This document shows positions 30,276 through 40,685 of a DNA stretch of 64,000 bases, in pieces. Positions within the stretch are counted from its first letter, which is position 1. The number at the start of each line of letters is the position of its first letter. The translations under genes were made by a program, and so were the position numbers. Below the pieces are notes generated by a model. The model was given only the letters and a program-made list of their open reading frames with translations, was not told the DNA's origin and did not search any database. The DNA comes from Histomonas meleagridis 2922-C6/04-290x (lineage: Eukaryota; Protista; Parabasalia): NCBI GenBank assembly GCA_020184695.1, contig JAANOX010000042.1, forward strand, positions 248,001 through 312,000, given 5' to 3'.

Positions 30276-31574
30276 TTAATCAATGATTTCGTGGCTATCA
30301 TTAATGCATGAGAACCCGATGAAATTTTCTTGTAATGAAGTAGATATAACTGATGGGTCCTCATAAGTTAAATTCGGTTCCATTTCAGTATATTGCTCAT
30401 CGAATTGTGACACGTCCAAGTCATCAGTAATATTTGGCTTCCATTCCATTGGAATCTTTTCCTTTAATAAATCATCGAAGTTAACATCATCGAAAAATGC
30501 ATGTTCAATTACATCCAAATAATCTCTATCACTTGAACCTAATCTTGCCTTTGGATCTCTATTTAATAATCGCACAATGAAATCAACAAGTATATCATCC
30601 GCATCTTCAGTGACTTCAATGGGATCACTTAAAATAGAATAATACATATCATTAGTGTTCTCATTATAAAACGGTGGAAGTCCATTAGCCATTTCATAAA
30701 CTAAGCATCCATACGCCCACCAATCAACTGATTTATCATACGGCTTACCTAATATCATTTCCGGTGCTACGTAATCTGGCGTACCACAAAATGTTTCAGT
30801 TGTTTCGCCCGATTTCATTCCCTTTTTAACTAATCCGAAATCAGTAAGTTTCAGATATCCATTTCGATCAATTAATATGTTCTCCGGCTTAAGATCTCGA
30901 TGAATAATACCGTGGCTATGAAGATATCCTATAGCTAACGCTAATTGTGCAGCATATAATCTGACGCGATTTAATGAAAACGTACGTTCTTCACTAATAC
31001 GTGTATAAAGTTCGCCTCCGGGTACATATTCAGTGGCAAGGAATAGTTTGGTATCGGTTTGAAATGCATATTTGGCATATACGATGAACGGATGATTAGC
31101 TGTAAGTAGAATATTTCGCTCTGAAATGGTACGCTCTATAAGATCACAGTCGGCACAAGTGATCTTAGATATAGATTTCAATGCATATAACTTTCCTGTT
31201 TTGATATGACGAGCGAGTTGAACTTTACCATAACCGCCACGCCCTATTACCTTTAAAAGTTTGAAGTCGCTCAGCATTACTGAGGAAGTTGAGTCTACAC
31301 CAGTTTTAGCCTTTTTTAATTTTGCGACCCATTCGTTACATTCTTCATCATTGTTTGCAGCGAAAACGAACACCTTATCGAGTTCGATTAAAAAAGCAAA
31401 TGGGCGTTTTGACTGCTCATTTACATCGATTAATGTTGCCTGTTTAAGGTCAATAGTTTCGACGAGAGTTTTTTTGTCTTTCTTATAGATTTTGAGGTTG
31501 GAGCCATCGATTTTGAGATAGCGCTTTGCCCACCCTTTGATTCCGCCGATTTGCATGGTGCAGAATCCTTCCAT
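30276..31574 (-). CDS. PH-domain AGC kinase (Akt/PKB-like)
   Basis: N-terminal PH domain (WAKRYLKI...EECNEWVAKL), GRGGYGKV, HRDLKPEN, DFG, TFCGTPDYVAPE and an AGC C-tail (FDEQY, FIGFS). Confidence 0.93.
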   Translation of the reverse strand: MEGFCTMQIGGIKGWAKRYLKIDGSNLKIYKKDKKTLVETIDLKQATLIDVNEQSKRPFAFLIELDKVFVFAANNDEECNEWVAKLKKAKTGVDSTSSVMLSDFKLLKVIGRGGYGKVQLARHIKTGKLYALKSISKITCADCDLIERTISERNILLTANHPFIVYAKYAFQTDTKLFLATEYVPGGELYTRISEERTFSLNRVRLYAAQLALAIGYLHSHGIIHRDLKPENILIDRNGYLKLTDFGLVKKGMKSGETTETFCGTPDYVAPEMILGKPYDKSVDWWAYGCLVYEMANGLPPFYNENTNDMYYSILSDPIEVTEDADDILVDFIVRLLNRDPKARLGSSDRDYLDVIEHAFFDDVNFDDLLKEKIPMEWKPNITDDLDVSQFDEQYTEMEPNLTYEDPSVISTSLQENFIGFSCINDSHEIID

Positions 31575-32215
31575 CTGATAACTGTGTAAAGTATTCACGG
31601 CACCACCAGACCAAAAGTGACAGCAATTTGTGATGAGTGCACAGAAAAATTGTTAGAACGAAATTTTGTATTGAAATAAAAACTTTTTCTAAGAATTATT
31701 TTGCTTAAAATGTTTGATCGTTACAGTTCAAATTTGTTTGTTTTGTGGGGAGTGCGACGTTTTTTGCTCTCCGTTTTTGGTGATGCACCAACAGATGATT
31801 CGCTTTGGGGAGTGTGCAATGGAACGCGCTTCGAAATACGTTTTGAAGGAATGCAATTGATATCGATCGTTGTTACAAAATCGATCATCGAATCTTAATG
31901 TTGTAATGCATTGTATAAAGTTTATTTTACGAATTTTACATTCTTTGTGACATGAGTAATTCATAAAAAATAGCGAGAACAATTGAAATACATTGCAAAA
32001 TATATGTCTCAAGTTAATGATGAAAATGTTTGCTATAATAAATACATTAAATGAATTAAAGTTTGCAGATCTTTGTTGAGAGGTGCATTCAAAATGTGTA
32101 TTACAAGAATTCTTTAATGAAATAAAATATTATTATGTATTTTTGACTATACCATGCAAGAAAACATTTTCTTTTATTATACAAAAAACGTAAATAATAT
32201 TTTATTAACTTAACA

Positions 32216-33499
32216 TTAATCATAGTATGAATAAGACCTGGATGTTAACATTGTATTAGACGATTCACTGAAATCCATTTTCCTTTTAGAGGTATCATTT
32301 AGCAATTTCAAATTCATAATTTGTCTTTTACTTTCTTCTATTTTTCTTTCGAGTTTCTTTTTGATTGATTCAAGTTTTTTTATGTTTGAAGAAGCTTTTC
32401 TTTGTAATTCTTGTAATTTATTTGTTAGTGTTATTTTTGTTTGTTGCAATTCTTCGATTTCATTTTGCATTTGTAGAACATTAACAGAAACAATTTGTGG
32501 TTCGTTTTTTTGAGATTTTGTTATTTTTTGCGGCTGTTTAGACGTGTTCTTTATTGGAGTGATTCTATCATTCATTTCTCTGATTAATTGCTCTTTTTCT
32601 TGGAGTTTAATTCGATTAAGTTCTTCATTTTCATGTAATTGTTTTGTCAATTTTCGAATTTCTTCTTGCTTTTGTGAGCGCATTTCATCATATTCTCTTT
32701 GCGCAGCAAGAAAGTTTCGATTGATTTCATCGATTTTGGCTCGTTGTGATGCTTCGGCAGATTCAATTTGTAATGTCAAATTTCGTTTCTCAATTTCGAG
32801 AGTTTTTTGCTTTTGTTTATTGGCTTCAATTCTTTCTCGAAGTGAATTTTTCATTTCTTCAAGTTGAGCAAGTTCAAGAGTTTCTTGGCGAATTTGTTTT
32901 TCACACTCAGCTGTGGCAGTTTTGCTTTCATGAATGATTTTAACTAAATTCGCTTCGTTTTCTGCTATGGATTGTTTCTTTATTGAGAGTTGTTGTTCTG
33001 CATCACGAATTTCATCTTCAAGAGCTCGTTTTTCATACATTAATAGCTTGGATTCCTTAAGAAGTGTAAGGTCAGGAAAAATAAATTCGGGAAATTGTGG
33101 TTTAAATTGAGCTTTTTGCGATGATTTTTCTTCAATAAGTTGTTGAGTTAATCGTTTCTCATTTTCTAAAGTTTTCTTCAGACTTTCTGCTTTCTGTTCT
33201 AGTGCATGTTTTTCTGATTTTGCTTGTTCTATTTTGGATAATAAAGAATTTATTCTTTTTGCAAATGATTCATTACATCTGCGTTCTACCTCTGTTTTTA
33301 ATGTTGGGAGTTGATCTCGTGAAAAACACTCTTTCCTATTAGTTTGCATTTCATTTTCTAACCTTTGAATTTCAATTTCGAGAAGTTTTTTCTTAATTTC
33401 AAGATTTTGAACTTGCTCGTATTCTTCTACTGCTTTTATTTCATCTTCACCGAAACTTTTGGAAGATGTATTCGATAAATCACTTTCTTCGTTGGACAT
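32216..33499 (-). CDS. Coiled-coil protein of unknown function
   Basis: 427-aa E/K/Q-rich heptad ORF. Confidence 0.8.
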   Translation of the reverse strand: MSNEESDLSNTSSKSFGEDEIKAVEEYEQVQNLEIKKKLLEIEIQRLENEMQTNRKECFSRDQLPTLKTEVERRCNESFAKRINSLLSKIEQAKSEKHALEQKAESLKKTLENEKRLTQQLIEEKSSQKAQFKPQFPEFIFPDLTLLKESKLLMYEKRALEDEIRDAEQQLSIKKQSIAENEANLVKIIHESKTATAECEKQIRQETLELAQLEEMKNSLRERIEANKQKQKTLEIEKRNLTLQIESAEASQRAKIDEINRNFLAAQREYDEMRSQKQEEIRKLTKQLHENEELNRIKLQEKEQLIREMNDRITPIKNTSKQPQKITKSQKNEPQIVSVNVLQMQNEIEELQQTKITLTNKLQELQRKASSNIKKLESIKKKLERKIEESKRQIMNLKLLNDTSKRKMDFSESSNTMLTSRSYSYYD

Positions 33500-33600
33500 T
33501 TTTCTTTAAACGTACGCAACAAAAGTGACAAAATAGACGTTTAAATAAATTTCTGCAAAAATCTTTAAAAAACAAATTATTTTTGTGTTTGCATTCACGA

Positions 33601-34827
33601 TTATAAAGGGAATTGATCCGTAAAATTAATGTATTTCTGTATTTGATCATTTTCAATTTCATCAAATACATCCGCATATTCGTCCAGAATTGCTTTAATT
33701 TGATCTATTTCATTAATAGCCTCGTAATGATGCCAAAACTTTCCCAGTATTGTTAACACTTTGTCATTATATACTTCAGCATCAAGCAATGGCAAAACTA
33801 CTTCCAAAATTTTTGTATCCAAATAAATGTTCGAATCCACAATCAGCAAAATCAAATCCAAAATTTTATCCTTTATTTCGAAAGCAGTGTTATTTATTCT
33901 CGGAAGTATACGAAGTAAGACGAACTCAGGGAAATCAATCCAATAAGATTTCATATGAACCACATAAGAAAACGCAATTTTAGAACAATCACCTCTCATT
34001 CCATGCGTTATCGCTATATCAAGGACTATACTTATGATATTTAACGAAGATATTTCTAATGAATCAAGAAATTGTATCGATGAATAGATAATTCCATAGT
34101 CATCTGACTCTAACAATTGACAAATGCGTGGAAACAAAGACGTAAAATTAAAATTTATATTTTGATATGAAAAAAATGTGAGAATGCGAAGTGAATCATT
34201 AATATTAATCGGATTTTCTGAGTTATAAAATATAGAAAGTACAAAATTTAAAATTGTTTCATCAAAAATTTGAAGTTTTGTTATGAAGTTATATAAAATT
34301 GATAAAATATATGGAGTATTATTAGAGATATGTTGGAGAATTGGGAGTAATTGTAATTCATAAACTAACTGACAATGTGATACATCAAATGAAGTTATTC
34401 GTAAAAGAATTTCGAGTGAATGTCGAACTATAATTTCATCTGGTGATTTTAATTGTTCAATAATGTATAAGATTATATCTTGATTTGTTAGCACTTCAAT
34501 GGGAAAATTTCTCATTGTTGACATAAAGCCTAAACAACAAATTGCTTTTGCGCGAATTTCTTCAATTGGAGATTGAATAAAATTGATTATGTTTTGATAG
34601 TTTTTATTTGTAAAATAGCGGCTTATTTCATTCGTACCTACCATTGATAGTGTTTTAACTAATCCATTTAATCCAATTCTTTGATCTTCAAATTCTTGTG
34701 ATTCAATATTAAATAAAAAATTCTTTAGCCTACTTTCTGTTTTTGGACTGATTGGAGAAACTGTAACTAATTTTCCATGAAATATTTCATTTGGATTAAA
34801 AGGACTTATTTTTTCTTTGTATTTCAT
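33601..34827 (-). CDS. ARM/HEAT-repeat protein (importin-alpha-like fold)
   Basis: 408 aa of Leu/Ile-rich helical repeats, e.g. IQSPIEEIRAKAICCLGFMS and LLESDDYGIIYSSIQFL. Confidence 0.6.
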   Translation of the reverse strand: MKYKEKISPFNPNEIFHGKLVTVSPISPKTESRLKNFLFNIESQEFEDQRIGLNGLVKTLSMVGTNEISRYFTNKNYQNIINFIQSPIEEIRAKAICCLGFMSTMRNFPIEVLTNQDIILYIIEQLKSPDEIIVRHSLEILLRITSFDVSHCQLVYELQLLPILQHISNNTPYILSILYNFITKLQIFDETILNFVLSIFYNSENPININDSLRILTFFSYQNINFNFTSLFPRICQLLESDDYGIIYSSIQFLDSLEISSLNIISIVLDIAITHGMRGDCSKIAFSYVVHMKSYWIDFPEFVLLRILPRINNTAFEIKDKILDLILLIVDSNIYLDTKILEVVLPLLDAEVYNDKVLTILGKFWHHYEAINEIDQIKAILDEYADVFDEIENDQIQKYINFTDQFPL

Positions 34828-34917
34828 TTTACAACATTGGTTTTAACGTTCCTTATATTATATTTTTGTAAGAAATAAATAATGACAAAAATTATTCAAT
34901 GAAAATCCTTTCAGATA

Positions 34918-36042
34918 ATGCCAAGAGGAGTATTATTTTGTTTTTCAGATCTTGGGAGAAATACTCGTTTTATAAATTATGCTGATAAATTATCTCAAAT
35001 AAGTGATATGAGGCTATTTATTTTCGGTTTTGATGAAACTGATATTCCTCGTAAGCTCGAAAATAATCCAAACATAACCATTTATTACTTATACAAATTC
35101 TTTAATATCCCATGGTTTCTATCTATATGGGCCTTTCCCCTTAAGTTTTTATTTTATTTTTTTCAATTTCTTGCTATTTTAGTTAATATTCGAAATGTTA
35201 ATTTTATTATATCATCTACTTCTTCGTTTACTGAGTTACTTTTTTCTATTGTTTTTACACGTGTTAAAAGTTGCAAGTTAATTTTTGATATAGAAAATTT
35301 TCATTGGTTTGAAAATTATCTTTTTAGGATTATCTTTAAACGATCGTTTTCTTTTGCTAATTTTCTCATATCATCAAATAAGGGCATACAAATGATACTT
35401 AAAATTAGTGGATTCCAATCATATGTAATTCCAAATCTTCCAGATCCTTTATTTGCTCAACCTAGAAAATCAAAAAAAGACATTTCTCAACTTTTGTCTA
35501 TTCCATGCTCATCTATTTATATAGTTTTTCCACTTTCAACCTATGATTCCGCAATATTTAAACGCATTGAAAAATACTCAAAAACACTTCAAAAATCAAA
35601 TAAATCATTTGTTTTCATCATATGTGGAAGTGGGAAATTCGAGAAAGAATATAATGAAAGAGTACAAAAACTTTCATTTGATCGGACAAAATTTATTTTT
35701 GTTCCTTATCAATATGATATATTTCCACATATTTTAACATCTTGTGACTTAGGAATTTATATGAATGAGTTAAATAATGATTTAGAAATACCAAAAGAAC
35801 TTTTAGAAATGAATATTTCTGGTATTCCAATTATTACATTTAGAAATGGATGTGTTTCAGAAATAATAAAAAACGAAGTTAATGGTTTTATTGTAGATAA
35901 TGATGAAGAACTTATTAAATTATTAAAGTCATTATTTATAGAAGAAAAAATTTCATTGGATGGATTGAAAACAGACAGACAAAATATATTAAAAAGTTGG
36001 AATGAATGCTATGAAAAAGCTTTTGATGTTATTTTAAAATAA
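34918..36042 (+). CDS. ALG1: ALG1-like beta-1,4-mannosyltransferase (GT-B fold), divergent
   Basis: SDLGRNTRF (cf. ALG1 GDIGRSPRM), ICGSG, DLGIYMNELNNDLEIPKELLEM (cf. [22 protein letters not shown]), CVSEIIKNEVNG. Confidence 0.65.
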   Translation: MPRGVLFCFSDLGRNTRFINYADKLSQISDMRLFIFGFDETDIPRKLENNPNITIYYLYKFFNIPWFLSIWAFPLKFLFYFFQFLAILVNIRNVNFIISSTSSFTELLFSIVFTRVKSCKLIFDIENFHWFENYLFRIIFKRSFSFANFLISSNKGIQMILKISGFQSYVIPNLPDPLFAQPRKSKKDISQLLSIPCSSIYIVFPLSTYDSAIFKRIEKYSKTLQKSNKSFVFIICGSGKFEKEYNERVQKLSFDRTKFIFVPYQYDIFPHILTSCDLGIYMNELNNDLEIPKELLEMNISGIPIITFRNGCVSEIIKNEVNGFIVDNDEELIKLLKSLFIEEKISLDGLKTDRQNILKSWNECYEKAFDVILK

Positions 36043-36526
36043 AAATGAATAAATATTATGATTTTATAATTTATTTTTTATTTATCTTTGATAAAATAAA
36101 TATTTTTCTATTAGAATTGTTCATTAATTTAGAAATGATTTCATAATTTTCTAAAAAGATTTATAACAAGAATAATAAACAGACAATAGTAATTCAAAAA
36201 TTAATATTTAGCCTTTAAGTGATTTGAAAATCAAAAAATAATTATTACTGATTCTATTATTTTTGAATAATTACCAAATTTTTTTGAGTGTTTTGGCTAC
36301 TTAAAGTTTCTCGATATATTTTTCATCTTTTTTAGATTAATAAATGATAATATCAGCGAGTGACTGATTTTTTCAGCCAGATAAATTTCGTGCTTTAACG
36401 TATCATTTTCAAAAATTTATTTATCGTTATTTTAGTATCGTTTAAATTAATTGATATTTATCGCAATTTTCAGAACACCTATTTCAAAATTTCAGAGCAT
36501 TGTAGGTTTACAATTCCTTCCTTCGT

Positions 36527-39295
36527 ATGCAAATGAGAACTACAGGGTTGGAAACCACGCTCAAAATGACATATGACTTCATAAACATCCCTCCACATGA
36601 CGCCAATGAACACGAATCTGGAAATCAAATACCATATTATCTCAATGGCGATTTTACACCATTAAATAAATTTTATCAACCAATTGATGGCGATGTTTAT
36701 GCTCTAAATGCTTCTCAAGATATACGTGATCCATTTACACAGAATATTTTCCCATCAACATTTAAACCACAAGATAATATATTAATTTCTTTTCCAAATC
36801 CACAGAATTATCAAACAAAAGAAGAGTTCATGATGGCTTTTGAACTTTGGTATACAGAAGCTACTATTTATCTTTCTTATATGAATTTGCCAAATCCAAT
36901 TTCTGGTGAGTTTTATTTACCTGAACTTCCTAAAATATTTACCAAAGAAGAGAAGTCACATCCTGGCCGCTTTAGGACATTCAAACCAGAGCTTTGGCCA
37001 CTTTTGCCAAATAATTATTTTGTCATGCTCCAAAAAATATATCAAAAGGATGAAATTGATCCTAATGAACAATTTCCAGACCAAGTACCTAAGCGTGATC
37101 CTTTATGTTATAAGCATCATGTTACAAGTAAAGATCAATGGTGTTCCACATTAGTAGCGTCTGAACCCAATCCTATTATATATGACTTTTTTGAAGAATA
37201 TGAAGAAGCATATGTTAAATGGTCTAACATCACATATGACACACTTAAATCATATCCAATACCACCAAAAGACATGCAAACGGTCGCCACGCTTGATTTG
37301 ATACCGTTTGAGGCACCCTGCGAAACGGTCCCCCCTCAACCCGAACACGACACCAAACTTTTTGAATGGGCTCATCAAACTCCATCACCGTCAAATTATG
37401 GGACGTTAGTGCAACAACTCCATAATCTTAAGACCAAACCAAAGGAACGTAGTAAGCATAAGCTTCATTATGACAAAGTTTTATATGTCTTTGGAGTTTC
37501 CAAGAAACAATTTATTACAGAAAATGTTGAATATGGGTTTTATGAACCAGCCATTAAAAGTCCGACTATTATTAATCCTACGATATTTGTTAAAGGATAT
37601 CCAGAGAAGAAAATTGAAAAGGTCCAAAATGTCCTTAAGACTCCACAAATTAATGTTAATCATATTGATTTCATATTATATATCTTAAATTATAATTATA
37701 ATTCCAAACAATTCGCAGAAGTTCTTAATTTAGAATTTAATGGCAAACCATTAATAACATATTTTGAACCACTTATGAGTTCATATGAAAATGTGATTAA
37801 AATCTTTTTCAAATCAAAGCGATCAATCCTTGATAAATTACGAATTGGAAATTTCTTAAGTAGTTATATTACTACCACTGAAACATTAGACTTTATTAAC
37901 ATTATATTTTCACCTGAGAACCTAATAATGTTTCATGAATTTATCGAATTAGTTAATTATAATAGTAAATATCGTGTTGAAATGTTACCAATTGTTACTG
38001 ACAAAACTAATGAAAAGTTTTTATTGATTAATCGATTTTATCTCTTAGACTTATTCTTATCATTATTCCGTGATTTTAATGGATCTAAGTTTTATACATT
38101 AGCATTTTCACAATGTCATATAGCATCAAGTAAAGTCTCACAAATTGTATATGAAGAAAACTTCTTAAAACAATTACGTAGTTCCAAGAAAGGCACTGAT
38201 TATTATTGTTGTTTATTAATGTTATTACATTCTAATTCCACACGAATTCATCGTATATTATTAGGAGCAGACTTCTTAACATGGGTAAGTCAAGAAGCAG
38301 AGCCGACAATCTTATGGTCGATATTATATTGTTCATGTATGAATCAAGCCGCTTTTTTATTTGTTAAACATTGTACTAAAATCATTGGGATATTACCAAA
38401 TTTATTACAAGGACATAATATATATAATATTCCATATGCTATATCAAAAATATTTAATCATATTATTAATACTAGTTCAAGTTTATATTTCCAATTTTTA
38501 TGTACAGAACTTTGTGACTTATTAAATGATGTAATTCATAAAACAAATTCATTAGAACAGAATACTAAATATTTGTCATTATTATTAATCCCAATTATTA
38601 AGATATTAATTAATGATCGATTAATCATTAATTATGATTCGGAAGAAAACAAATCAAAATTAGCTTCAAGTGTTGGCTTTTTAGTATCGAATTTACATGA
38701 GATTCCAAATGATTTATATCGAGAACGATTAAAAGGTATTAATATCTTCTTAACAATGGAAACATGTCGAATAGTAATAGTAACAAGAGCAGAATTTGCG
38801 GAAGCGATAGCAAAACATTTAGAAGATTCCGACTTCTTGATATTACATGAAACTTGGCTCATATTGAACTTCTTAGTGGAGAAACCTGACGCGCTCTTCG
38901 AAATCTTAAAGAATAATACATTATGTAAAACATTATCAAACTTAATTAAGAAAGATGATAACGCTTTAAGAAGAAGATTCTTCGAATTCACTGCTAATGT
39001 ATTCACAAAGAATGATCCAAACTTACATAATATTATCATAGAAAACGTATTAATGGATTCAATAGGAAGAATAGTGACACTGTTTAAGAGTCAAAAGTTA
39101 TTCCTAAATAACGCGCTGTTAAAAGAAAAACTTGAATTCTGTTTGAATTGGCTGCTAACACAGAAAACTCCTCAAACTTTGAAGTTCGAAAAGGCGTTCT
39201 TGAAACACGCTGAAATGAAGTTGGAGAATATAATGGAAAAATTGAATCCAAACGAATACCAGAAGAAAGAAAAAGATGAAAAAGACGAAAAGTAA
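36527..39295 (+). CDS. Large hypothetical protein: Pro-rich N-half with a duplicated motif, helical-repeat C-half
   Basis: 922-aa ORF; motifs FPNPQNYQTKEEFMMAFELW and SEPNPIIYDFFEEYEEAYVKW; Leu-rich helical C-terminus. Confidence 0.8.
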   Translation: MQMRTTGLETTLKMTYDFINIPPHDANEHESGNQIPYYLNGDFTPLNKFYQPIDGDVYALNASQDIRDPFTQNIFPSTFKPQDNILISFPNPQNYQTKEEFMMAFELWYTEATIYLSYMNLPNPISGEFYLPELPKIFTKEEKSHPGRFRTFKPELWPLLPNNYFVMLQKIYQKDEIDPNEQFPDQVPKRDPLCYKHHVTSKDQWCSTLVASEPNPIIYDFFEEYEEAYVKWSNITYDTLKSYPIPPKDMQTVATLDLIPFEAPCETVPPQPEHDTKLFEWAHQTPSPSNYGTLVQQLHNLKTKPKERSKHKLHYDKVLYVFGVSKKQFITENVEYGFYEPAIKSPTIINPTIFVKGYPEKKIEKVQNVLKTPQINVNHIDFILYILNYNYNSKQFAEVLNLEFNGKPLITYFEPLMSSYENVIKIFFKSKRSILDKLRIGNFLSSYITTTETLDFINIIFSPENLIMFHEFIELVNYNSKYRVEMLPIVTDKTNEKFLLINRFYLLDLFLSLFRDFNGSKFYTLAFSQCHIASSKVSQIVYEENFLKQLRSSKKGTDYYCCLLMLLHSNSTRIHRILLGADFLTWVSQEAEPTILWSILYCSCMNQAAFLFVKHCTKIIGILPNLLQGHNIYNIPYAISKIFNHIINTSSSLYFQFLCTELCDLLNDVIHKTNSLEQNTKYLSLLLIPIIKILINDRLIINYDSEENKSKLASSVGFLVSNLHEIPNDLYRERLKGINIFLTMETCRIVIVTRAEFAEAIAKHLEDSDFLILHETWLILNFLVEKPDALFEILKNNTLCKTLSNLIKKDDNALRRRFFEFTANVFTKNDPNLHNIIIENVLMDSIGRIVTLFKSQKLFLNNALLKEKLEFCLNWLLTQKTPQTLKFEKAFLKHAEMKLENIMEKLNPNEYQKKEKDEKDEK

Positions 39296-39783
39296 AAACA
39301 GAAATCGAATAAAATTTTTCATTTTTGTGTGAAAACTTTATGCAAAAGTGTAAAACATTAAAAATGTGTAAAGTTTGGACAAAGTAAAAATGGTGTTAAA
39401 CATTTGTGTTATTTTATGTTGCGTCATTTTTGTTGGAGAATTTAAATGGAATTAAATAAATTCTGTTATTGATATACCACAAATGATTAACATTTTTGCA
39501 TTACTAAATATTTGTTAATGATAAAAATTTTATTGACCCCAAAAATTTGTGTTATCGACTAATTTAGAGTAAATATTTTTAATAAATTTAACATTACATA
39601 TTGATACCTCTGTATTCTGTTGTAAATTTGATTTCTTATTTTAACAAATTTTACTTCAAGATAGCTTGTACAATTATTTAATATATGCTCATTATAAAAT
39701 CTTGTTAAAACACATTTATTTGAATTTTCTTGCGATATTATTGAAATTTGGTCAAATAAACATTTTTTAGAAATAGTTGCATA

Positions 39784-40320
39784 ATGGGATTGATATGGGT
39801 TGAAACGTATCCTATCAGAAGCAAAAACATGAAAATTCTTATGCTAGGACTTGATGGCGCAGGTAAAACAACGATTTTAAATCAGTTAAAATATAACAAA
39901 TATATAACAACTTCTTCAACAGTTGGATTTAATTTTGAAGAAATATTATACAATGAAATCACGTTATGTATATGGGATATCGGTGGTAACGAAACACTTA
40001 GACCATTATGGCATCATTATTTTAAAGATACACAAGGACTTATTTTTGTTATTGATTCTACTGATCACCAACGACTCAATGAAGCATGCAATACTCTTAC
40101 TAATCTTTTAAAAGAAGATATTTTGAATAATGTTCCATTGCTTATTTATTTAAATAAACAAGACAGTACAGATGCAATTAAGCCAAATGAATTAGAAAAT
40201 ATGTTAGAGCTCAAAGAAAACACAGATAAGGCATGGAAAGTACAAGGATGTTGTGCAATAAAAGGAGACGAATTGAAAGATGGAATTGAATGGCTTTTTG
40301 AGCATTGTACATGCGGGTAA
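39784..40320 (+). CDS. ADP-ribosylation factor (Arf)-family GTPase
   Basis: MG start, GLDGAGKTT, WDIGG, LRPLWHHYF, NKQD and CCAIKG. Confidence 0.93.
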   Translation: MGLIWVETYPIRSKNMKILMLGLDGAGKTTILNQLKYNKYITTSSTVGFNFEEILYNEITLCIWDIGGNETLRPLWHHYFKDTQGLIFVIDSTDHQRLNEACNTLTNLLKEDILNNVPLLIYLNKQDSTDAIKPNELENMLELKENTDKAWKVQGCCAIKGDELKDGIEWLFEHCTCG

Positions 40321-40685
40321 ACATGATCAGAAAATTTATTTATATAAAGAAGAAAAGTAAAAACCCTCTATATATAATTGATGGAAACAAAACAATTTTT
40401 TTTATCAAATTAATATGGATAAAAATTACAGAGTTATTAATAAAGATTAAAAAAGTGACAATATTTTTCGAAATATGAAATTTCTTGCATATTTTTTTTA
40501 AAATAGTTCGAATATTTTCCACAAGCATGAATCAATAAATATTTATAACAAACGTTGTTATACCATGTTATCTATAATATTGCAATTATCTTTGAAGAAT
40601 TAGATGGGATTTCTACTCAAAAAGCACGAAAAAGAAATAAACGTTTTTCAAGGAGCCGTTAACAATTATACTTTCAGCCAATAAA

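Noticed and set aside
31701-32012. Opposing small ORFs between the PH-AGC kinase and the coiled-coil gene; also ORFs at 47713-48969 and 52582-53512
   Set aside because: Non-ATG starts and no motifs; probably intergenic.
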